This document shows, piece by piece, positions 50,048 to 59,649 of a DNA stretch of 64,000 bases. Within the stretch, counting starts at the first letter, position 1; each line of letters begins with the position of its first letter. The notes under the pieces were generated by a model. The model saw only the letters and a list, made by a program, of their open reading frames with translations, was not told the DNA's origin and searched no databases. The stretch covers positions 8,211-72,210 of the IMG/VR virus record IMGVR_UViG_3300025000_000083; one strand, 5' to 3'. The position numbers and the translations under genes were made by a program. The DNA is from a virus.

Positions 50048-52294
50048 TTAATAACTTCTCAGCGAACTGTAAGTGATCTTCTTTAAATAATTGTCCATGG
50101 TGTACCCCTTTTCATCTATCTGTGCTATCTCATCAAATAATCCACGTGTGCCAAGTAATGCGTACCCCCCTGCTGTGAATAGGTCATAATTAGTCATATC
50201 CTCCGGGCCATCAATATCCCTGCACTCCTCCAATATCTCAGTGTGATTCTCTATATCTGCTTCATTCTCAATCCATGTCATGTACTCTGTAAAGATGTCC
50301 TGTTTAGTGCGGTTTGCGGTGTCACCGGGGGTGTTGCTTATCTTGAATGAGTTCGGGTCCATCTTATAAAGCAAGTATCCCTGATAACCCCTGTCTCTGA
50401 AATAGTCCCACAGGAACGGCACGTCAATCTCAGGGAACATAGGCACTCCGAAATAGATGCACATCATCAACATATCCTCTCCATAGATGTTCTTGTCGTA
50501 TGTCCTCTGAGCATAGGTGCAGGCAAACTTACGCTTCATCGCGAAGTCACCATCCTTTATCATCCCTTTCTTGACTACTGCACCACCTCCTTTGGACTTG
50601 CGATTTCCCTTGGTGATGTTGAACTTGAACGGGTCTCCTCCGGCTACTCCCCAATGGGCATTGGCAGGCTTCCACCCTTCCTCCTCGTCACTCCAAAACT
50701 TCTTATTCGATTCATTGTCATTTAGCTGGTGGCTTATCCTGAATTTGCCCTGTGAATTAGCGACAAACTCCACCCTACTGTCCCTGATATTTCCCTTCCA
50801 TACAAGGTTGCCTACTGCTATATTTTGTCTGCTGAAGGATAGTTCATCAATATATGATTCGAGTTTGTTCATGTTGAACCCTGATGACTTGGCTGATGTG
50901 CGAAAACACTCTGCAAACCGTATCGGGAACTTGCGTATCTCCTCAGACAATGCCTCCTGATCACCCTTTGCGGAATAACTCTTTCTCTGGTTTAAGATGT
51001 ACTCTTTTGCTCCAATGTCACTTCCGATGTACTCTCTCTGCTGTTTATTTGGTGTGTGGATGACACTCATTCCGTACTCATCAATGAACCCATCCAATCC
51101 ATCATAGGCGGGTATAAACAATGTGGCAAGTCCTGACTCCGGCTGACCATTGGGGTTTCTCCGGTAATAATTACTCATCTCACACTGATGCTTAAACACA
51201 CGACCTCCCCCTTTTTCCATCTCTCCAACAGTAGATGTCTTTATGGTGAACCCCTTGATGTTCACACCCTCTCCCAATGTCTCTTTTACTACAAGGTGAC
51301 GTGTCCAGCATGATAGTCCCTCGGTAAGTTTTCCCACCTCATCATCGTGGTGAAAATAGAGTTTCCATCCGTCATAAGCCCTTGGGTCTGCCACGGCATA
51401 GTTGATACTCGACTCCAATCCTAACTGAGACATGGACAATGAGCCACGTGATGAAAGTCTTGTGGACGGAGGTGCAAATGACAGTTCTGTTTTTGGTGAT
51501 GTGGATCCTTCGTAAAGAGGTTTGAAGAAGAACGGCAGCTTCTTCCATGGCTGTACGAGATGAACCAGAAAACACGCTCTGGCAGCCTTGTCGTTCATCG
51601 ACTGAATACCCCCTCTTGCATTGAGCATACGGCTTATGATCTCATAACCTATGCACTCAGCCTTGTATGTTGCTCCTTCACGTCTGTGCTTGGGATAGTT
51701 GAACCCATAGAATAACCTCCTCTTAAACTCTGTCCATTCATAGTTGCCTCTCTTATCTGTAATGGCAATACCATTGGCGTCACACTTGGGTGCTTTTGTC
51801 TCAGTATAAATCTTCCGTGCAAATAAAAAGAATCTCCTGTCCCTATCCCTATATTTTGGCAGTCCGACATCAATACTCCACCATCCACAATAGAAATGAT
51901 GCCATCCGTCAATATATGTAGGTACTCCGTTATTGTAAAACCAATAGCCATTAAGCCTCCTGTCCCATTGTAGTTTTATAAACGCAATTTCTTCCTCGTA
52001 TATATCCTGATGTGCTTCCAGTTCTGCCCATATATCGTCAAGGGTTTCAAGTTTCGACTGCAGTTCTTTCAGTCTCTTTGGCATTTTGGGAGGATGCCAC
52101 ATCTGCTCTCTTGCAGGAAGTCCCCAGTTATCTATCAGGTGTGGCTCCGGTGGCTGTGGAAGGACTATCTCTATTGGGATAAGGTCTTTGTCATCGGTGT
52201 TCACAAATACGCTCTTTTCCGCATCCTGATACCCTGCCAATATCTGAGCATCAACCTCCTTGTAATATCGTTTTAAGAGTGCGAGTGAGTTCAT
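50048..52294 (-). CDS. terL: terminase large subunit
   Basis: K.RREGAT Walker A variant, DEVGK Walker B, STVGEM, GGDPF nuclease motif. Confidence 0.9.
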   Translation of the reverse strand: MNSLALLKRYYKEVDAQILAGYQDAEKSVFVNTDDKDLIPIEIVLPQPPEPHLIDNWGLPAREQMWHPPKMPKRLKELQSKLETLDDIWAELEAHQDIYEEEIAFIKLQWDRRLNGYWFYNNGVPTYIDGWHHFYCGWWSIDVGLPKYRDRDRRFFLFARKIYTETKAPKCDANGIAITDKRGNYEWTEFKRRLFYGFNYPKHRREGATYKAECIGYEIISRMLNARGGIQSMNDKAARACFLVHLVQPWKKLPFFFKPLYEGSTSPKTELSFAPPSTRLSSRGSLSMSQLGLESSINYAVADPRAYDGWKLYFHHDDEVGKLTEGLSCWTRHLVVKETLGEGVNIKGFTIKTSTVGEMEKGGGRVFKHQCEMSNYYRRNPNGQPESGLATLFIPAYDGLDGFIDEYGMSVIHTPNKQQREYIGSDIGAKEYILNQRKSYSAKGDQEALSEEIRKFPIRFAECFRTSAKSSGFNMNKLESYIDELSFSRQNIAVGNLVWKGNIRDSRVEFVANSQGKFRISHQLNDNESNKKFWSDEEEGWKPANAHWGVAGGDPFKFNITKGNRKSKGGGAVVKKGMIKDGDFAMKRKFACTYAQRTYDKNIYGEDMLMMCIYFGVPMFPEIDVPFLWDYFRDRGYQGYLLYKMDPNSFKISNTPGDTANRTKQDIFTEYMTWIENEADIENHTEILEECRDIDGPEDMTNYDLFTAGGYALLGTRGLFDEIAQIDEKGYTMDNYLKKITYSSLRSY

Positions 52295-53622
52295 TGTGGT
52301 GTCGATTTGCCATGCAAGGTATAACCTTCTTCGTCATGGTGACATGTGAGTGTCGTTATAAGATACCCTTTTTTGCCTGTTGCCTTCATCTCTGCTGCAA
52401 GCCTCTCCCATAGATCAGCATCGGCAGGATTGGCTTTCCCTGTTGCTTCAAACACATCCCTTGCCCTTAATTGGGTGTCGGAATACTTTATACATGAACT
52501 CGAGCAGATCATTCCTCCGGGTACGGGAAGAAACTCAATCACCTGATCTGTTTTCGGAAGATATGGCAGGTGAATGTTTGAGTATGATGCCATGGTGCAG
52601 ACAAACAGTGGATTCTTTTCTTCGATGACCTTATTGATCAACTCCAAGTGATTTGGTTCCCACCAATCATCATGGTCATGGTGACAGATATAGTTTATCC
52701 CGTCCTTTAATGCCTCTGCAATGCCTGTTAATACTGCGGTGTTGCCACCTATGCTCCATAGTTCCATGCTCCCTGCCTGATACTTCTCACGTTCTACTGC
52801 ATGCGGAAGATTAATACATTTCACATTCAGATAAGGTGACACAACCGACTTCAACTCCTGATCATTTTCATAATGGTCTCCCATAACATATACCTGATAG
52901 TTTCTGAATGTCTGCAGGCTGATCTTTGATAATGCACGGTTAAGGTATCCGGGTGTCTTACCATCCCTGCGCATATACGTGGAGATGACAATGCCAATCT
53001 TCGGATTATTCTTTTTCAGGATGAAGCAATTACTATTGGTTATCTCTTTCGGAAATGCGCCTATCTCATTCTTTAATGAGCCAATGATCTCATATCCTCC
53101 CTGTAATGTTGTTAGCACCTTATCAACTGCAGGTCTTACTTCTGGACTGAATTGACTGTCAAGGTAGTCATCAAAAACTATGTATCCTCCTGCCTTGACT
53201 AATCCCGAATACATATTGAAGTCCTGAATGACATCATCAAATGAGTGTCCTCCGTCAATAAAGAGTATGTCAATACCATTTCCCCTGAGTGCTGTTCGTA
53301 ACCTGTTGAAAACTGCATTATCATGTGAACTGCCCTGTATGTACTCAAATCGGTTTCCGAGAACATTGTGCCTTAAAACATTTGCTGTGGCGGTTCCTGG
53401 TGCTATGGGCATGCCTGTGTCAATTGAGAACACATTTGTATTGGGTCTCTGAGTCATAAGACACGCACTCGCTCCGGCATAGCATCCTATCTCCACATAG
53501 TTTATTGTGCCGTGAAACAACCTTCCGATGTCATACAACACATGGAAATGATGGTGGAATGTCTTTATGGTTTTACTGATGTGCTCAGTCAGGATGACGG
53601 ATTCTCTTGAATGGACTATCAT
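52291..53622 (-). CDS. class I SAM methyltransferase (Methyltransf_24-like) fused to GT2 glycosyltransferase
   Basis: VEIGCYAGAS, DILFIDGGH, GGYIVFDDY; then IVISTY, HHDHDDWW.PNHL. Confidence 0.85.
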   Translation of the reverse strand: MIVHSRESVILTEHISKTIKTFHHHFHVLYDIGRLFHGTINYVEIGCYAGASACLMTQRPNTNVFSIDTGMPIAPGTATANVLRHNVLGNRFEYIQGSSHDNAVFNRLRTALRGNGIDILFIDGGHSFDDVIQDFNMYSGLVKAGGYIVFDDYLDSQFSPEVRPAVDKVLTTLQGGYEIIGSLKNEIGAFPKEITNSNCFILKKNNPKIGIVISTYMRRDGKTPGYLNRALSKISLQTFRNYQVYVMGDHYENDQELKSVVSPYLNVKCINLPHAVEREKYQAGSMELWSIGGNTAVLTGIAEALKDGINYICHHDHDDWWEPNHLELINKVIEEKNPLFVCTMASYSNIHLPYLPKTDQVIEFLPVPGGMICSSSCIKYSDTQLRARDVFEATGKANPADADLWERLAAEMKATGKKGYLITTLTCHHDEEGYTLHGKSTPQ

Positions 53623-54320
53623 ACTATTTTGCGGTAGTTACATGTTTTTGTCTGATTGAAAATATTAGGATTGTTCTTTCTGAACTCATAGTACGGGTGT
53701 CCCTTCACATAATAGTCCCACGTCAGGTGATAGGCTTTACTGATCTTTGTCTTTACCCATTTAAGCCTCTTTGATGCACATGCCATGCGAAAATCATTGT
53801 CTAATGCTTTCGGGGCATTGAGCATTATGTCAAGATTCCTGTTCTTTAGAGTCATTAGATGCGCTCCTGTCAGACATTCCACATAATTATTCCCAATAAA
53901 AGTCGGCTTTGGTAGCCAATCGGAAGGCTTTGCCAAATGATGCGGAAAATTAGTCATCTTTAAATCGACTGTGCACACTCCTATCTCCGGTCTCTCCAAT
54001 ATACCTCCCATCTCTGCAAAGGTGAATGTGATGTCGTCTATAAGTAAATCTCCATCGGTGAATGTGATGTATGAATACTGCCGGAGTAACATCTGATAGT
54101 CTTTCAGAAATCGCTTTACCGCATTATCCCCTATGTTTTCCTCAAACTGGACGTATCCTGCGAGTCTCTTATCCTTGAAATATGCCTCTATCTGAGGACT
54201 GTTTGGACTTGGATTCTCAATGATGAAATAATCCACTGCATCCATATAAATGCTCTCAAAGCACTTAACGATATGTTCATAGTTATTAAAACACCACAAT
54301 ATGCAGATGTGTTCTTTCAT
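53619..54320 (-). CDS. GT-A fold glycosyltransferase-like protein
   Basis: IIEN.S, TDGD (DxD), HL.W. Confidence 0.6.
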   Translation of the reverse strand: MKEHICILWCFNNYEHIVKCFESIYMDAVDYFIIENPSPNSPQIEAYFKDKRLAGYVQFEENIGDNAVKRFLKDYQMLLRQYSYITFTDGDLLIDDITFTFAEMGGILERPEIGVCTVDLKMTNFPHHLAKPSDWLPKPTFIGNNYVECLTGAHLMTLKNRNLDIMLNAPKALDNDFRMACASKRLKWVKTKISKAYHLTWDYYVKGHPYYEFRKNNPNIFNQTKTCNYRKIV

Positions 54321-54946
54321 TTACTATGGTAATTTGACACGACCACCTTGGTTATCGGCTCGTATGTGAGTAGCGTATTGTTCTCAATATCCTTATCCAC
54401 AGTCATCCCCGCATGTATGCCATTATCCCTGCCAATTCGGATATGAGGTGCAACTGCTGTCCTTATGCCAAAGAAGTTATTGCAGTTTACCGACACGTGG
54501 CCACAGAGTATTGTGGCTGACAGGACGTTGTTATTCCCCACCTTGCAGTCATGCCCGATTATTGACTGAGGACAAAAGTGATTGAAGTCCCCAATCTCAG
54601 TGTTTGCACCTATCATCACGTATGGATGTACAATATTGCCCTCTCCCATAACCGATGGCTCCTGAATTATTGCCAAGGGGTGTAATAGGTTGATGAACTT
54701 GCCTCCACGTGCCTTCATTTTCTCAATCATCTTCCACCGGAACTCAATGTTTGTCATCCCAATCACAAAGCGGTCATCCTCCTGTATCTCATAACTGTCA
54801 ATGTCTCCGAGTATGGGTTCCTTTAACTGGTATCGCTTCCAATATTTTTCGATGTTGTAATCAAATTCGAGATAACCTTTGATGTCCATGTCAAACCACT
54901 GCAGTTCTGATGCTACTGCACCTGTGCCTATGATGATTATGTTCAT
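54317..54946 (-). CDS. PglD/NeuD-like hexapeptide-repeat sugar acyltransferase
   Basis: IIIGTGAVA, NLLHP.A, IGHDC.VG left-handed beta-helix. Confidence 0.85.
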   Translation of the reverse strand: MNIIIIGTGAVASELQWFDMDIKGYLEFDYNIEKYWKRYQLKEPILGDIDSYEIQEDDRFVIGMTNIEFRWKMIEKMKARGGKFINLLHPLAIIQEPSVMGEGNIVHPYVMIGANTEIGDFNHFCPQSIIGHDCKVGNNNVLSATILCGHVSVNCNNFFGIRTAVAPHIRIGRDNGIHAGMTVDKDIENNTLLTYEPITKVVVSNYHSK

Positions 54947-55572
54947 GGTTTCGTGTATATGGGGAATTTACTGAGGTCTGGATATGGTAATGTAATATTT
55001 GGCATAACCTTTTTGCTCCCATCGAGATTATAAAATTTTGCCATATTAAGCAATCCAAGACTTGCTATCATTGGATTCATATAGAAATTCCATCCCAAAT
55101 CCGTAAAATTATCTTCATGGTAAGAAATTTCATTTCTCCCAGAGAAACGTGCTTTTTTAAACCACTCATAAGCATCCATGTCGTCTGTCAAAATACAACC
55201 ACCCTTACCTAAATTCAAGTGTTTGAAAGCTCCGGTGAATGAACAACACATGAAATATCCCGGAACGTACATATCTGCGGTAAAGCATAAAGCAGAGTCT
55301 ATTACGTTGACATCATGTAATTGATACCACCCTGTTAGGGTTTTTTCCCCTGTGTTATAAAATTTCACCGTTCCCCCTGCGTGAATTATTTCGCATGGAA
55401 CGCTCATGTATGTGCGACAAGGGATGGATATCGTTAACCCTGTAATGTTTGCACATTTTAATGCAAGAAACAAAGCATTACTCTCATTATCCGTGGTGAC
55501 ACAATACGGTGCTCCGGTGTATTTGGCAATCTCCAATTCAAATAGTTTAGTGACATTATGTGGATTCTCCAT
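54943..55572 (-). CDS. short DegT/DnrJ-family PLP sugar aminotransferase
   Basis: FE..IA.YTGA.Y, IDSA, SF...KHL..G.GG.ILTDD. Confidence 0.8.
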   Translation of the reverse strand: MENPHNVTKLFELEIAKYTGAPYCVTTDNESNALFLALKCANITGLTISIPCRTYMSVPCEIIHAGGTVKFYNTGEKTLTGWYQLHDVNVIDSALCFTADMYVPGYFMCCSFTGAFKHLNLGKGGCILTDDMDAYEWFKKARFSGRNEISYHEDNFTDLGWNFYMNPMIASLGLLNMAKFYNLDGSKKVMPNITLPYPDLSKFPIYTKP

Positions 55573-55792
55573 GGCATTTTTGTATTGTGGCTTCAATCAA
55601 CTTAAAACTGATCAAGTTCCCGACTATCTCATCCGGTATGGTGATGTCAAACTCCCTTTCAAGGAATACTATGAGATGCATGTGGCGCAATGAATCCCAA
55701 TTCTCAATGGTGTCCTGATTCGACTTATCGGTAATCTGCTCCACGGGAACACCGAATGCCTTTGCCATAATCGCCTTTATTCTTTCATTCAT
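55556..55792 (-). CDS. acyl carrier protein
   Basis: 78 aa acidic, WDSL phosphopantetheine-Ser motif, LE.EF.I. Confidence 0.9.
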   Translation of the reverse strand: MNERIKAIMAKAFGVPVEQITDKSNQDTIENWDSLRHMHLIVFLEREFDITIPDEIVGNLISFKLIEATIQKCHGEST

Positions 55793-56789
55793 AACAGAAA
55801 TGTTTTGCTGCTTTTGATTCGTATTTCAATATGTCAACACAATAAACGTACTCATCTTTGTCTCCGCTACATCTCTCAAACCCTAAGTTTGGATAGAATA
55901 ACTCAACCTGCTTGTTCTTTGGTGTCGGGATGTATTCTGCATACAGGTGCGTGTATTTTGACTTTTTAAGGTCTCTCATTATCGCATCCATGAACGCAAA
56001 CTCAATCCCTCTTCCAAGTATCCGACAACTGAGCAAAAATACAGCTATTATCCCATATTCGGGTGCGTCCCAATCAACTATAATGCACACTCCTGTCAGT
56101 CCGTTATCCCCAAATCTATCCCTTACAGATAATGAGTAAACTTTTGACTCAATCATCAAATCCTTTACGTCTGCCTCAGTGAGTCTTTGTGTAGTGAGAT
56201 TGAACTGATTGGTTTTTTGTGTCAGTTCTGCTATGCGGGGTATCTGTGACGTGTCATTGAGTTTTACCGTAATCACCATATCAAGTGACCTCAGATATTC
56301 GCTGATGTCTGTGAACTGTTCCTGTGCCTTTGCCCGTTGATAATTTGCCCTGTACTGCTGAGTTTTTAAGATGCTCCCTGTCAGATCAAAGTTTTCAAGT
56401 ACAGTTATCATCAAGTCCTTTGGATGTATTGCAATGACCTCCGGCAACTGCTTTTTTATCAACTCTCTCTCAAATTCCGAGTCGTCCACAATTACCATTG
56501 CATCGAGTCCGATGTTAAGTTCCTGTGCAATCTCTTTTAGATTTGATACCTTGTCCTTCCAGTTGATTCGCTTAACCGATATGAACTCCTCCCTGAGCAC
56601 CCCTCTTAAAGCATCAAGTACATCCTGCTCATTGTTCTTGCTGCACAAGCCTATTATCACTCCCTTGTGGGCAAAAAATAAGATGTCCTGCTGTATCTCC
56701 GTGTCGTGGATGATCTTATCCTCTCCGACCACTCCCTGCCATAGAGTGTTGTCACAATCAAAGATTATTGCTTTTTTCATTATTGACAT
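55785..56789 (-). CDS. fkbH: FkbH-like HAD-IIIC glyceryl-ACP synthase
   Basis: DCDNTLWQG, CSKN, VDDS.FER, KTNQFNLT, DRFGDNG, LSCRILGR.IE. Confidence 0.9.
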   Translation of the reverse strand: MSIMKKAIIFDCDNTLWQGVVGEDKIIHDTEIQQDILFFAHKGVIIGLCSKNNEQDVLDALRGVLREEFISVKRINWKDKVSNLKEIAQELNIGLDAMVIVDDSEFERELIKKQLPEVIAIHPKDLMITVLENFDLTGSILKTQQYRANYQRAKAQEQFTDISEYLRSLDMVITVKLNDTSQIPRIAELTQKTNQFNLTTQRLTEADVKDLMIESKVYSLSVRDRFGDNGLTGVCIIVDWDAPEYGIIAVFLLSCRILGRGIEFAFMDAIMRDLKKSKYTHLYAEYIPTPKNKQVELFYPNLGFERCSGDKDEYVYCVDILKYESKAAKHFCYE

Positions 56790-57169
56790 TTTACCAATGA
56801 AGTGCTACTTAATACCATTACTCCATGTTGATTGTATATATTTATACCAAGTTTTATCTGATTAAACTTTGGCATCTTATCCATTACCTGTGCTTCCACG
56901 GTTAATTCATCATTCACATATACAGGAGATAAAAATGATATATTTTGTCTAACCATAATTGCTCCTGCTCCGGGAAGATGCATCCCAATCATAGTAGATA
57001 TGTATGATGCCACCAACATCCCATGGACAATGGCCCCTTCTCCAATGTGTACTGGATTTTTATCACCTGTGATGCAAATAAATTCATCTACATCATCCTG
57101 ATATATCTTAACCTCTTTGGACACTTTTTGTCCTTTTTCAATTTCTTCGTACTTCATTTTTTTATGCAA
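56780..57169 (-). CDS. MaoC-like (hot-dog) dehydratase
   Basis: F..ITGD.NP.H, IVHGML..S..S...G..LPG.G. Confidence 0.9.
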   Translation of the reverse strand: MHKKMKYEEIEKGQKVSKEVKIYQDDVDEFICITGDKNPVHIGEGAIVHGMLVASYISTMIGMHLPGAGAIMVRQNISFLSPVYVNDELTVEAQVMDKMPKFNQIKLGINIYNQHGVMVLSSTSLVKCQ

Positions 57170-58026
57170 AATGCTCCGATTAATTCTGTCTGTTCATCTG
57201 CCCTCTCATTATGCATTGTAAGCCATAATAATCCAGCATCATTAATCATTCTCAATACATGCTCCTTGCTCCTGAAAAGATAAACATGGTCTATTGTAGG
57301 CGCATTGGTAGGTACTGTAAAGAATAACATGCCTCTCTCGGACAATAGACTTGATACGTTTTTAAGCATCGCAATAGGGTCGTCAAGATGTTCAAGTACC
57401 TCTCCAAGTATTATCAGTTCATATTTGAGTTCGGGATTTATTTCTGAGATGTCAAAATTCAAGTAGTGTATATTGTCCTCCCCTACCATTCTTCGTGTCA
57501 TTTCCAGAGATGTATCACTTATGTCCACGATGTCTATTCGTGAATAGTCCGGTTTTTCTGTTTTTACCACCCATGAAAATAGTCCATGTCCGGCACCAAT
57601 GTCCAATACTCTATAAATTCCGTGGCTCCCAATAAAAGCAGTTAATGTTCTTTTAAAATACCTGAGCATATTGAAGTGATGCTTCCATAATAACTGCGAT
57701 ATGAGTAGTGCGTTCATGTAGTATCTCATTACCTCCGGCATGGAGTACACCTTCTGATACGCTTCCGCTTGGTTTCTGCATGAATAGCTGTCGTACAGGA
57801 CAAAATAGCCGCCTTCTCGCCTCATGTCGCCTATCATACGGAGATAATCACTTGCCACGGTGTCTGCACTTATGCCTGATGCTTTAAAATAACTACAAAC
57901 ATGGTCTTTCAGGATATTAAACTCACGGCCAAGGCTTACCTGACGTTTAAGGGTCTTCATGTGCAAAGAATCTCTCTCTGCAATCACCCTCAACACCTGT
58001 TTTAAGAAATCTACTGAATTTTCCAT
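57154..58026 (-). CDS. class I SAM-dependent methyltransferase
   Basis: VLDIGAGHG, EVLEHL.DP. Confidence 0.85.
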   Translation of the reverse strand: MENSVDFLKQVLRVIAERDSLHMKTLKRQVSLGREFNILKDHVCSYFKASGISADTVASDYLRMIGDMRREGGYFVLYDSYSCRNQAEAYQKVYSMPEVMRYYMNALLISQLLWKHHFNMLRYFKRTLTAFIGSHGIYRVLDIGAGHGLFSWVVKTEKPDYSRIDIVDISDTSLEMTRRMVGEDNIHYLNFDISEINPELKYELIILGEVLEHLDDPIAMLKNVSSLLSERGMLFFTVPTNAPTIDHVYLFRSKEHVLRMINDAGLLWLTMHNERADEQTELIGAFCIKK

Positions 58027-58955
58027 AGATTTGCTCCAAAATTAAATCCTGCACCCACCCCTGCGAGCATCAATAGACTGCCCGACTTGATTAATCCCTT
58101 GCGAAATGCCTCATCCAAGGCTATCCCTATGCTCGCTGCCCCTGTATTGCCTATCTCCTCTACATTAGTGTAGGTTTTTTCGTGGGGTATCCGGTGTTTA
58201 TCCATGATGTAGTCAATAAGCACCTTGTTTGCCTGATGAAATATGAAGAAATCCACGTCCTTCATGGCTATTTTTGATGAGTGGCACAACTCTTTCATCA
58301 CATACGGCACACTGGTTATCGCCTGAGTCCATGTCTCCTTGCCGTTATGCTCAATAAAGCCTCCTCTTTTCAATCTTACATCTTCGTATGCTGATGAATC
58401 GGTGCAAAAGAATGAGTTCAGGTGTCCAAATCCTTCCGGCACCCTGCCAAGTAATACCCCTGATGCTCCGTCTGAGAAAAATGGTGCGGTGAACTTGTCT
58501 GTTTTGTCAACATACTTTGAAAGCACCTCAACACCGATGACCATTGCAAACTTAATCTTTGGGTTTGCCCTCATCCTCTCTACTGCAATTGTTGTTCCGG
58601 TTATTATTCCTGTGCAGTTGGTGTTGATGTCAAGTATCTGGCAGTCCTTTGGAGCACCTATTGACCAGTGTACCTTTGCTGACATAGGAGGTAGCATGTA
58701 GTCCTGACTGAAAGAGCATACTATGATTAACCCTATCTCTGGAATACTGCCCTTTAGTCCATAAGCCAGTCTATTTGCAATGACTCCTGCCATTATTGAC
58801 GGACTTTCACCATTGGCAAGATGTCTCTTTTTAATCCCTGTTTTTTCAAGTATCCACTGAGGTGTCAGTCCTTCCACATCCCGACATACGGACTCATTGC
58901 TTTGAACAAATAGAGGCAAATAACTTGCTGATCTTAATATCCCTATTCCTGTCAT
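58011..58955 (-). CDS. fabH: 3-oxoacyl-ACP synthase III-like enzyme
   Basis: WI..KTGI..R, NCTG (Cys), FHQAN (His), GNTGAAS (Asn), G.GAG. Confidence 0.9.
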   Translation of the reverse strand: MTGIGILRSASYLPLFVQSNESVCRDVEGLTPQWILEKTGIKKRHLANGESPSIMAGVIANRLAYGLKGSIPEIGLIIVCSFSQDYMLPPMSAKVHWSIGAPKDCQILDINTNCTGIITGTTIAVERMRANPKIKFAMVIGVEVLSKYVDKTDKFTAPFFSDGASGVLLGRVPEGFGHLNSFFCTDSSAYEDVRLKRGGFIEHNGKETWTQAITSVPYVMKELCHSSKIAMKDVDFFIFHQANKVLIDYIMDKHRIPHEKTYTNVEEIGNTGAASIGIALDEAFRKGLIKSGSLLMLAGVGAGFNFGANLWKIQ

Positions 58956-59647
58956 GCGTGTACCCCTCCAAGGTATATCGTTTGCGAAGTAATGTAAGAG
59001 CTTTTTGGAGAGCAAAAGAAGTCAATGACATTGGTGATATCATCCATGGTGGCATATCTTGGTATTGGCAGTCCTGCAACCACCTTGTCAAGTTTCTCTT
59101 TATTCAACTGCCGTGACATGTCCGTGTCAATAGCTGATATTCCAAGGGTGTTCACCGTTATCCCGAATCCTGCAAACTCCTTTGCCATGATGTTCGACAT
59201 CTTATTGAGTCCGGCTTTACATGCTGCGTACATGGAGTCTCCCATTGGTTCAAGTGCGACTGCCATTGAACTGATGTTTATTATCTGTCCTCCGTTCTTC
59301 ATCAGTTTTGCGGATTCTCTGGCTACAAGGAAAGGTGCAAGTAAATCTATAAGTACCATTCCTTCTGCGTCATCCTCCGACATGCGTGTGGCATATTGTG
59401 ATGTAAGAATTGCGGCATTGTTAATGCAAATATTGATGCGAGTATAACTTTTTTTAATAAACTCAAAAGCATCTTCTATCTGCTCTGGCTTTGAAAGGTC
59501 TGTTTTTATGCACTTGTAATTATCATCAATATCTCCGACTGACGACAATCCAATGACATAAGCATGGTTTTTAATAAAATGGTCAGTAAGTGCCGAGCCT
59601 ACTCCCTTTGTTGTTCCTGTGATTAAAACTGTCTTTCCTGAATACAT
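58952..59647 (-). CDS. short-chain dehydrogenase/reductase (FabG-like)
   Basis: TGTTKGVG, NNAA, S..Y...K (YAACK). Confidence 0.9.
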   Translation of the reverse strand: MYSGKTVLITGTTKGVGSALTDHFIKNHAYVIGLSSVGDIDDNYKCIKTDLSKPEQIEDAFEFIKKSYTRINICINNAAILTSQYATRMSEDDAEGMVLIDLLAPFLVARESAKLMKNGGQIINISSMAVALEPMGDSMYAACKAGLNKMSNIMAKEFAGFGITVNTLGISAIDTDMSRQLNKEKLDKVVAGLPIPRYATMDDITNVIDFFCSPKSSYITSQTIYLGGVHA

Positions 59648-59649
59648 AG

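Noticed and set aside
48000-52294. Introns or inteins in terminase or portal
   Set aside because: Both ORFs are continuous, of expected size, with no Hint or LAGLIDADG motifs seen
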